Sequence record: MK250028.1
Direction: 5' to 3' (one strand)
Length of the DNA stretch: 64,000 nt
Part shown: positions 52,883 to 62,987 of the stretch, piece by piece
Layout: every line of letters starts with the position of its first letter
Numbering within the stretch: the stretch's first letter is position 1
Program-made: the position numbers and the translations under genes
The notes under the pieces: model-generated
What the model was told of the DNA's origin: nothing
Seen by the model: only the letters and a program-made list of their open reading frames with translations
Database searches by the model: none

Positions 52883-53857
52883 TTACCAAAGTGCGGCTGT
52901 ATAACATAAGTTAGATGTTAATGTAGTATAACCAATAATAGATATAATTCTATTACAAGGTTCAAGAATCATTTTTTCAAATTGTTTATCATAATCTATT
53001 TCAGGTGCATATTCTATTGGATAAGCGCCAGGTAAAAATGCAAAACAATCATAATTTCTATCCTTTGCATAATACCACTTAACTTTATCTGCTGTCTTAA
53101 TAGGATTATACTTTACCTTATATTTCTTATTCTTTGGTTGATTCAAAATAAAGTTAGCAATTCCTGAAGCCTTAACCTGAATAGGACAATGTTCTCCGAA
53201 TACCAACTTATTCTTATCATCAAGAACGAACTTTTGATAATTTCCTATTGAACTACCTTTTGAAATCTCTGATGGATCTTTAAACATAAACTGTTGTTTA
53301 TATCCCTTTATTTTCGCAATAATATCTTCATATGGTGGTCTTTCCTTATGTTCCTGATACCAATGCAACATATAACATGTAAAGTCTTTTTGACATTCTC
53401 TTGCAAATGGTGGTGTAGAACCTTGAACGATCTCAAGTCCCTTATAAACGACTTCTTCCATTTGCTCCAAGAAAATATTAGGTTCCTTAAAACACTCTGC
53501 CATTGCATAATGTTTCTTTGAAGTCAAGATAGTTGTATCTGCAATTTTCTCTAACTCAAGATTCTGAATATTTACATCACAATTATATTTCTTTGCATAT
53601 TCCTCATATTTCTGTTGCATATATGGTCCACAACCATAATTCCAAAGATCAACAACAAATTGTGCACATTTAGACTCTGGAATATCAAGCTGTTGACAAA
53701 TTCTTCCAAATTCTACATATATTGAGTTGTGAGCCAGTATCTCATTTGCGAAGAATGTATGAGTATCATCTACCTCAATATCATATACATACTCATCATT
53801 AAAATCTTCAAGTTGCTCTATTACATCAATATCCTCTACTTGTATATTGTAATTCAT
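52883..53857 (-). CDS. Split-intein C part (44 aa) plus family B DNA polymerase C-terminal piece
   Basis: VYDIEVDDTHTFFANEILAHN|SIYVEFG; LELEK, KKHYA, YKGLEIVQGSTPPF. Confidence 0.9.
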   Translation of the reverse strand: MNYNIQVEDIDVIEQLEDFNDEYVYDIEVDDTHTFFANEILAHNSIYVEFGRICQQLDIPESKCAQFVVDLWNYGCGPYMQQKYEEYAKKYNCDVNIQNLELEKIADTTILTSKKHYAMAECFKEPNIFLEQMEEVVYKGLEIVQGSTPPFARECQKDFTCYMLHWYQEHKERPPYEDIIAKIKGYKQQFMFKDPSEISKGSSIGNYQKFVLDDKNKLVFGEHCPIQVKASGIANFILNQPKNKKYKVKYNPIKTADKVKWYYAKDRNYDCFAFLPGAYPIEYAPEIDYDKQFEKMILEPCNRIISIIGYTTLTSNLCYTAALW

Positions 53858-53896
53858 CTTTTTTCTCCTATTATTAATTGTGTATTTTCAACATTA

Positions 53897-54433
53897 TTAA
53901 AATGTTCTAATATATAATTATATAAATAATTTTTTATATTGTTTTTAATATCTTCTCTATCTTTATGTGTTTTATAGAATATCCAGTTATCAATAAAATA
54001 TGGATAAATGAATAACATATTTAATTTATTATTTTTTACATCTTCCCATTTTTGAATATCAGTTTCTGCCCATGTATGAATTAATCCATCATAATTATTT
54101 TTCGTATTTGTTTTAGAACATTTACTTAAAAAATAATTATACTTATCTTTATCTAATTCTTTATTATATAAACATTTATTATGCCAAAATGATCCTTGAT
54201 ACTCTATATATAAATTATACTGTTTTATATAAAAATCGCAATTATGATTATATTCTTTTGTTTTATAACATCTTATAACATCTTATAACATCATCACCAT
54301 ATAATTCATTTAAAAAAACATATAAAATTTCTTCTTCAATAGATGTTTTATATGATTTATGCTTATTATAAGATTCTGTGACTTTATCTTGTATTTCTGA
54401 TAACTATGAAATATAATCATCATCTATTACCAT
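53897..54433 (-). pseudogene. Frameshifted Vsr-like/PD-(D/E)xK endonuclease
   Basis: SIEEEILY...DDVIRCY then CDFYIKQYNLYIEYQGSFWH. The frame is broken by an extra 10-bp unit at 54263-54292. Confidence 0.6.
54263..54292. repeat. 10-bp tandem repeat x3 (ttataacatc)
   Basis: Seen directly. Confidence 0.9.
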
Positions 54434-54732
54434 ACTAAATTATTATGTTCATTTTCATAATTCTTTTCATTATAACAACACTCATCGAATTTTTTCACTT
54501 TTTCTATATATTCATCTATAATATCAATACCTAAATATTTTGCATATATTATTTTTGCATCTGATATATCACATTTATCATTCATTGTAATACAATTAAC
54601 ATTATTATTCAATGCAAAGTATATATCTTTATATGTTGATATTATTTGTTTTAGAAAATATTTTAATAACGTATTATGTTTCTTAAACATATTATTCCTT
54701 ATAATCCTTATTTTTGAACGATAATATATCAT
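54427..54732 (-). CDS. Hypothetical protein or endonuclease fragment
   Basis: 101 aa, ATGA-coupled to the upstream endonuclease. Confidence 0.45.
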   Translation of the reverse strand: MIYYRSKIRIIRNNMFKKHNTLLKYFLKQIISTYKDIYFALNNNVNCITMNDKCDISDAKIIYAKYLGIDIIDEYIEKVKKFDECCYNEKNYENEHNNLVW

Positions 54733-55847
54733 ATTTCAGTTATATCATTTAATTGATCTTTATTATTAATCATCTATATAAGTGATTTTATAGTTCCTTT
54801 CTTATCATTTTTATATGTAGATTCCCAAACTATTATAACCTTGCAATTCAATGTCTGTTGAATATCTTCAATTCTTTCTCTATCATGATTCCATTTATCT
54901 TTAACTGAACGTCCGTTTCTTAATATAAAATAATTTGTTTCATTAGCATTATATTTCTTTGGATTAAAATGATAAAAATCTCCATAAAATTCTATAACAA
55001 TATTTAATGATTTATCGTAATAATCTACATGATAAAAATTATTATTTAATAACTTAACTGTATATTCTATATAAGTATCATTATCTTTATAATATTCTTT
55101 TAAATGAGAAAATAACTCTAATGATATATTTGACTTATTACCTATTAAATAATATTGTTCTGAACGTTTTTCTACAAATTCATTATATTTTTGTGTTCCA
55201 TCTTCTTTACCGTATTCTTCGATAAAATAATCTAATGTACATGTATATCTCTGACGTTCGATATAAGCATTCCATATTTTTAAACCATCTATTTCACCAT
55301 GTCTTTTAATAAGATTTTCCTTTGTTACCGCTCTAGATTTATTGTATTCATCAAATTTATCTTGAGACATACCATATTTTTCATGTTTATATTCATATGT
55401 ATTTGTAACTGATTGTTTATTACAATATGAATTCCATTTTTCTAATCCTATATCTTTTCCATATCGTTTAATCATTTTTTCTTTGGTAACACATTGTCTT
55501 TCTTTTGCTACAGGGTTGAAATCCTTATCAGGTACTCCAAATCCATACTACGTATATTTTGCAGCTTTATGCGCAAATTTAAATTTTACATCTTTAAAAT
55601 TTGGAAATTTCTTGCATACACAATCATAACACCTACATAAATGATATTCATTACCATTATAATTTCTAGTACTTAAAAATGATAACTTATTATTATCACA
55701 TACTATTTTATGTGTTTTTGAGTTTATATGAAATGTACCATTATCATATATAAGAAATTTACCACATTCTTTACAATAACATATTGATGGATCTATATTA
55801 TTATCTTTACAATATTGAACTACGTTCTATTCACTTAAATATTTCAT
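54729..55847 (-). CDS. Free-standing homing endonuclease, Vsr-like/DUF559-type C-terminus (372 aa, code 15)
   Basis: TAATG overlap with the pol-IntN stop. Cys-rich N-terminus, KRYG/KYG repeats, YHVDYY...VIEFYGDFYH...IIVWES. Confidence 0.75.
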
Positions 55848-56659
55848 TATCTATCTAATGTTATAATTTTATCAGATTTTTTTATTTCTCTTGCAGGAAC
55901 AGATATTAATTCATTATTTCGTATAACCATTATACTATGATCACCTGTAACTATAAGCTCTTTACCGGATTTAGTTTTTAACCTAAACTTATCTTTAGTT
56001 ACTTTATGTCTCATTATATAATTAATCGGTCGTGTAATAGTTTTATAATCATGATCCTTATATGATAATGTATCGTGATTATGTACAGGAATGACTTCAG
56101 ACCCATTTTGTAATTTTATAACAACATCGTCATTTTCATATTTTGCTTTAGTAAAAAAGCCTTCCATTGAAAATACTTTATTATCTATAACTACTTGAGT
56201 ATCAGCAGTTTGCGAATCCGTATCCCCCGCTACAGTTAGTGATTGGTTTCCATCAAGATACGAAAACTCGGGTCCGTCCAACGTACCTGTTTCAGTTGTC
56301 TTACCTTTTGCGATACTTACTCGTTTTGCTTTCTCCGAATCAATACCAAGTTTCTTATGCAATTCTGTATCATTCTGAAATATACCACTGAAATACGCGT
56401 TAACAGAATTCTCAGAATAATGGTTCAAATCCTGACCCTGAAGAGTAATAGACTCTGCAACTGCTGTGTTATGCGCAATGAAATACTTGCTCGCAGTTGC
56501 TCCATAAACACTATTGATAAATTTCTTTAACGCTAACTGTTTAGTCTCATAAAAATCCCCTAAATTTTTTAATCTTTCTACTTCTTTTTCAAGTTCTTCA
56601 ATACTGCAATTCTCAGGGTCTACTTGGCAAAATTTATAATTCTTATGTTGTTCTTCCAT
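55847..56659 (-). CDS. Family B DNA polymerase middle piece (motif B) plus split-intein N part (122 aa)
   Basis: KQLALKKFINSVYGA; VAGDTD|SQTADTQV; intein block B LIVTGDHSIM; true TAA stop. Confidence 0.9.
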   Translation of the reverse strand: MEEQHKNYKFCQVDPENCSIEELEKEVERLKNLGDFYETKQLALKKFINSVYGATASKYFIAHNTAVAESITLQGQDLNHYSENSVNAYFSGIFQNDTELHKKLGIDSEKAKRVSIAKGKTTETGTLDGPEFSYLDGNQSLTVAGDTDSQTADTQVVIDNKVFSMEGFFTKAKYENDDVVIKLQNGSEVIPVHNHDTLSYKDHDYKTITRPINYIMRHKVTKDKFRLKTKSGKELIVTGDHSIMVIRNNELISVPAREIKKSDKIITLDR

Positions 56660-56683
56660 TTTATTCTAATTAACGATTTAATT

Positions 56684-56712
56684 ATTATACAAATAAAAAT
56701 TCTATTTGTTTA
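56684..56712 (-). promoter_or_regulatory. Class II promoter TAAACA-N17-TATAAT (pol middle piece)
   Basis: 17-nt spacer, exact -10. Confidence 0.6.
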
Positions 56713-56748
56713 TTAAAAACATTATTAACAATATTTAATATAAGATAT

Positions 56749-58407
56749 ATGGAAATTACAGATCAAATTATAATAGATAAGTTAACAGTATTTAGACATA
56801 ATAAAATACAATTAAATACATGTAGAATAAAAGAAACATGGTTAAAAGATCATGGTTTATATGAGTATTTAATTAATAGATTTAAAACCATAGATAATAT
56901 TCAAGAAATTATATATAGGATATATTATAAATTACCGGATAATTTACAGTTACATTGTAATACTTGTGGTAATGAAATACCTTTACAATTTAGAGGATTC
57001 TTATATGGATATAATCAATATTGTTCTTATAAATGTTCTTTAAATGATCCAAATAAAATACATAAATTAACAAATGTAAAACAAAAAGATGATATAGATG
57101 ATAATTATGTATTGAATTTAATGATTAAAGACAATAGATTAGTTTCAGAATATTGTAAGAATAAAAAACTTAAGCAATTTGGTATATATGATTATATGAT
57201 GAATAGATATGACGATTTACAGAAAAATAAATCTATTATTCAAGAAATTATATATAGAATGAAATATCATATAGATAAATCTCCTCGATGTCCAACATGT
57301 GGGAAATATGTTAACTTTTATAGATTTAGTGAAGGATTCAGGCATTATTGTTCAAATGAATGTGCAAATAAGAATGAAAATAATGTTAACATAAAATTAA
57401 ATAATAAGCATAAAACTATAGAAAATAAATGGTTAAACCGTGGATATAAAATTAAATATACAGAAAATAAAAATGAATTTCTTGTATATAATCAATGTAA
57501 TTTACATAATCCATTTAAAATTAAAAAATATACATTCTTTAATAGACAAGGAAAAGATATAATTATGTGTCCTATTTGTAATCCTGAAAAAAATATGGAG
57601 ACTTCTATAGAATATAAAATTAGGTTAATATTAGAGAAACATAATATAAAATTTACGCAACATGTTAGGTATATAATATCACCAAGGGAATTAGACTTTT
57701 ATTTACCTGCTTATAAAGTAGCAATAGAATGTAATGGGATTTATTGGCATTCAGGGATAAACGGTAAAAATAGATTTAAAGTTAAATATGAACTATTATC
57801 CAAAACTGATATATAGATGTTAACTTTTTGGGAAGACGATATTCATTATAACATTGATAAGATAGAAAATATCATATTAAGAAGTTGCAATTTAGAAAAG
57901 AAATTATTTTCAAATGATACTGTTATTAGAGAAATAGATATTGATATATGTAAGTCATTTATTAATAATAACTCAATTAAAAAATATATTATATCTAATA
58001 TAAATTTAGGTTTATTTAAGGATGATAAATTATTATTTGTTATGACATTTTCAAATAATAATGATAATAATTATACATTAAATCAAATATGTTATAAAGA
58101 TAATTTATATGTTATAAATTCTGAAAAATTATTATTATATTATTTTTTTAATAATTATAAATTTAATAAATTGATAACATATTGTGATTTAGAAATTGAA
58201 AATAATAAATTATATGAAAAATTAGGATTCAAATTAAATAGTGATAAATTAAAATTTAATCTGAATTATTATAATTATAGAACAACTGAACATAGAATTA
58301 ATAAGAAAGAAGTTAATCAATTATTGAAATTAGATGATTCTGATTCATTAGAAGATTATATGAAATGTTATTCAGGATATTTAATATATGAGAAAGAGAA
58401 TGTATAA
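56749..58407 (+). CDS. Hef-like/Vsr-like homing endonuclease (552 aa; two track ORFs joined by TAG)
   Basis: CxxC..F..GF..YCS repeats, ELDFYLP..KVAIECNGIYWHS, TFWEDD, TYCD...LYEKLGF. Confidence 0.75.
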
Positions 58408-58431
58408 TTTAAATTTATATACATTCTCTTT
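58393..58431. terminator. Bidirectional intrinsic terminator
   Basis: 14-bp stem between convergent endonuclease genes. Confidence 0.7.
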
Positions 58432-58448
58432 TATTATTTTCTAAATAT

Positions 58449-59635
58449 TCATTTATTATAGTTTTTATTATTTCTATCTTATTGCTCCATATAGGAAGAT
58501 AATTCAGATTATTCATTTTCGCAGTTTGACATTTAAAAGGATCAATGATTGACCAAACATTTACAGCAGATTTATATTGTTTTGATATTTCTGCTTTTTG
58601 TTTCCACTTATTTAATAAATCAATATCATCTTTATTATCTTCATCAAATAAATGTTTCCCATGTGTCCAAAATGCGTTTATCTCTATAAATAAATCTAAT
58701 GGTTTTATATAGAAATCTACATGGAATGGATAACGCTCATCAACATTTACATTAAACTATATATCATCTTTATCAAATATTGTTTGTAAATATTCATATG
58801 TTTGATATTCTGGTTTTGACATACCAAAATTATCTTTATATTTTTTCTTTATTGTTTTTACATATTGATCAAACTAATATTGATGAAAATTTTCTAATGA
58901 ACCATATTTTTTAATAACAGTTTCTTTTGTCTTTTCTTTATTATTAAATGTTGGATCCCCATATAATTCTAATTTTGTTTCTTTAATTTTGTTTTTTATT
59001 TCTTCATTTTTTGCAGGGTTATCAACGCCATATTTTTTAATAACAGTTTCTCTTGATTTTTCTTTATTATTATCTGACTAAAAACTATATTTACACCCAT
59101 ATTTTTTTAAACATGTATTAATTGATTTCTATTTAACTTCTTCATTCTATCCTGAAAATTCTACANNNNNNNNNNNNNNNNNNNNNNNNNNTGTCTTCTA
59201 TAAATATTCCGATGTTTTTGTATATGATGAAACTCCATATTTTTCTAAACATGTTTGTTTTATTTTATCTTTAACTGATTTTAACTACATTTGATGTTCA
59301 ACACCATATCGTTCTTTTAATGTATTTTTTATTTTATTCTATACATTAACTGAATTCATTACACATCGTGAATTTGAACAAAATTTACGAAATCCTCTAC
59401 TATAACAATTAAATCTCACAGGTTTCCCACATGTTTCACATACTGGTCTTATTTCTATTTTATTTACAATACGGTATATTGTCTCCTATATAGATTCGCT
59501 ATCATTATATCTATTAATTAAATAATCATAAATATCTTGATGTTTATTTAACCAAGATAATCTTGTATAATTTTTTGCTAACTAATTCTTTTTTGTTATA
59601 AATTTTTCTTTTATGTAGTCATCATTAATAATCAT
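58449..59635 (-). CDS. Homing endonuclease with KYG repeats and a Vsr-like domain (interrupted by N gap; code 15)
   Basis: RPVCETCG..GFRKFCS, TxxxKYGV repeats, RYPFHVDFYIKPLDLFIEINAFWTHG. Missed by the track. Confidence 0.7.
59166..59191. other. Assembly gap (N run)
   Basis: 26 N. Confidence 1.
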
Positions 59636-59674
59636 ATCTAATAATAAATTATTATTATTTTTAATTATATAAAA

Positions 59675-59720
59675 AATGAGGTAAATAGTTTTTAACAGAA
59701 TTAAAACTATTTACCTCATT
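59675..59720 (-). terminator. Intrinsic terminator below the recA C piece
   Basis: 18-bp perfect stem. Confidence 0.75.
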
Positions 59721-59726
59721 AATATA

Positions 59727-60464
59727 TTAATTAATACTTGCTTCTTTTATAGGATCTTCATCATTATCATTTTCATCTGAAATACCCATTGTTTCCTCCA
59801 AATCTTTAACATCATCAAATGCAGATTGATCTGGTAATTGGAACATTGGGTGAATAACATGCTCATTTATATAATCAAGATATTCTGGTGTAAATACCTT
59901 ATCAGACCAAAATTCAGTAAAAGGAACTTGTTCATTAAGATGTTTTACTACAATATACCTTGCTGTATCTTTCGGTAAACAATAATGTGTTTCACCATCA
60001 TCTGTTGTCCATGTATATACTTTCTTTTTATCTGAATCTGATAATTTATCATATTCTTTTTGCGTAAGTAAATTTCCTCTACAAACACCTGAATTGTCCC
60101 ATGTCATAAATTGTTCCAAACCAACATATGGGTTAGGTTTTTTAAAATATGGAATTTGAAATTTCACTTTAATTGGTCTGCAAAAACGAGACTTAACTGG
60201 TTTTGCTGTAACTAAAACACCATTCTTTGTACCTGCATCAGAACCTTGTCTTGATTTTGCAGCTGAATCATTCTCTTTATCTTCCAGTTTAGCAGCACTT
60301 AATTCAATTGTAATTGATGCATTATATACAATACCTGAATTATGATTTATAATACCATTTGCAGAAACATAATTATGTGTGTCTTTAACTGTTAAATCTA
60401 TTACATCCTCACTTAATTCTGACTATATCTTCTTTACAATCTTTAACTTTCTATATTTCATCAT
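59727..60464 (-). CDS. recA: Split-intein C part (42 aa) plus RecA/UvsX C-terminal piece (TAG at codon 14)
   Basis: VIDLTVKDTHNYVSANGIINHN|SGIVYNASITIEL; KSRFCRP. Confidence 0.85.
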
Positions 60465-61800
60465 TTATATATTGCGTTATTTTTTTATATTCTAAATATT
60501 TAAAAACTGTTTCTGAAATTCTAACAATACCTAATACATTATTATCTATTAATAAAATATCATTATCTCTTTGCTTATCCAATTCTTCCTAATGAAATAC
60601 ACCTTGTCCACCATCATATTCAAATATAATTATTTTACCTTTATATTCTAAATACCCATCACATGCATAAAATATTTTATTTCGTGTTTTATCTGATATT
60701 TCATCTGGAATTATTACTATATATGGTTTATGAATGATTTTCTTATCGATATATTTTTGTAAAAATTCAAAACATCTATTTTCTGATTCTGATATATTTG
60801 TCATCCAGCCACCTTTTATTTTACATAAAAAGTTATCACTATGTTTCCAATTTTTCCAAATATTTTTTGCTAAATTTGATTGTAATTCTTTTTTCTTTAA
60901 ATAATCTTCATATGATTTATAACCTTTATATTCCTCACATGATGGATTAATTTCATGCACTTTTAATTTAGCTTCATCATCAGAATATCCTAACTTCTTC
61001 CAATAATTAAACGTCCATACACTATGTTCTTTTGCATAATATGAAGCTTTCTTTTTTGCATCCTCTATAGTTAGCCCTAAATTTAACCAATATTTTGTTG
61101 TGCTTTTAGAACATGTTGAATTATTCTATTGAACTTTACTTACTTCTATTTTTGCGTCTTCTAATGTATAACCTTTATTTAACCAATATTCAACACAACG
61201 CGGTGATCTATTTTTATTTGATTCTCGTATAATTGATTCTGCTTCAGTATCACTATATCCTCGTGCTAAATAAAACGATTTACTACTTTTAATATATCCT
61301 TTATTCTACTTATCAGGATAATATTGTTTACACCAAATCATTAACTAATCATTAATATCTCGTTCTGTTATAAAATCAGAAAATGTTATGAAATTTATAA
61401 ATCTTTTAATAAAAGAAATATTATTCAAATTAAATGAATATTTATTATCTTTAATGAATGAATTAAATATATCATCTTTATTAAAATATACAACTGTCTT
61501 TTTATACTTATTTAATATAATTTTTTTATATTCATCAAATGAATATCCTCTAACATCCCAATATAAAAATGTTGTATTTTTATGTTTATTTGTAATATTC
61601 TTTAAATAATTTAATAATATATCTATTATTTCTTGAGAGCCATATACTTTATTTTCACTAAATAACTATTGTAACTTATTAATATACTATGTATTATTTG
61701 TATTAATATTAAAATTATAAAACTTATTATATTTGTTTATAAACTATATAAACTCATTTATATCAAATACATTTATTTCTACTTTTTTCATATTAAACAT
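60409..61800 (-). CDS. Free-standing homing endonuclease with YWxxxG repeats (463 aa, code 15)
   Basis: YWLNKGYTLEDA / YWLNLGLTIEDA / YWKKLGYSDDEA repeats; YACDGY..IIFEYDG. Lies between the recA halves. Confidence 0.7.
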
Positions 61801-61885
61801 TTCAAATTTTTGATTATTTTATACCTTATAATATTTATTCATATATAAAGTAAAAATAATCAAAATTAAAAAATATTTTATGGTA

Positions 61886-62860
61886 TTATTCAGAAATTGC
61901 ATAAATTTCATCATTTTCATTTAATTCTGAAACTATTTTCCATGAGCTATCCAACTCTGGTTTATCAGGATTAATAAGAAATCTATGTGTATTTGAACAT
62001 GTAATAGTCTCTCCATTATCAAATGTAAATGTATATGTCGGTTTTTTAAAATGCCAAAGTTTCTCTACATCATGATATTCACCATCATGTGACAATACTT
62101 TATCTCCAACAACAACATCTTTCATTTGTTTAATTCCATTATTTGTAATAATTTTTTCATCTGGTCGTAAACAACCCATTGCTTGTATATTCTGAGGAAT
62201 AAATGACATAGATTGATATACATGGTTCACTACAATCCAAGGAATTTGCAATTTTGCAATTGGAGTAGCACAAACTCTAAACATTGCTTTAGTATCTTTT
62301 GCTTTTGTAAAATCTGCTTTTTGTGAACCTGACAATGTATCTTCACGTTCCTTTTCAGATGTTAAATTTCCGAGAGAATCCAATACAATAATAACTTTAT
62401 CATGTTGACCATACTTATCTTGTTGTTCTTGCAATTTATCACATAAATTTGCAATAAATTGGCTTGTCTCCATAATTGTATTAACTTTTTTAATAATTAA
62501 TTTAGATGGATCTACTCCAAGACGCCTAACAAAATCAGAATCTATTGCACCTTCAGAATCAAGATAAATTGGAATATAACCTAATTTTTGAGCTTCCCTA
62601 CAACATGAACATGCTAAAAAAGATTTACCAGAACCAGATGTTCCTGAAAATGTTATAATACGACCAGTCGGAATAGCTTTATATATGTCACCACTCATAC
62701 ATGCATTTAAAATATAATTACCTGTTGAAATCCATTCTTTTATATTTGAATACGCTGAATCTGCAATAATTTCAGCTTGATCATCTATACTACTTACCAT
62801 TGACATTAATGAACCAATACCACCTTCAAAATCTTCGCTTGACTACTTTTTCTTTGCCAT
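61886..62860 (-). CDS. recA: RecA/UvsX N-terminal piece plus split-intein N part (95 aa; TAG at codon 6)
   Basis: ISTG, GTSGSGKS (Walker A), YLDSEGA, VLDSLGNL, VNHVY; AMG|CLRPDEKI; block B TCSNTHRF; TAA stop. Confidence 0.9.
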
Positions 62861-62892
62861 AATATTAAATTACGTTAATTTTTATTTTATAT

Positions 62893-62921
62893 ATTATATA
62901 TGTTTTTTATTAATTTGTTTA
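62893..62921 (-). promoter_or_regulatory. Class II promoter TAAACA-N17-TATAAT (recA)
   Basis: 17-nt spacer, exact -10. Confidence 0.6.
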
Positions 62922-62987
62922 GAAAATAATAGCATCTAAAATTAATTTCTAATCTTAGATGCTATCTTATATTTAAGCTATAATAAA

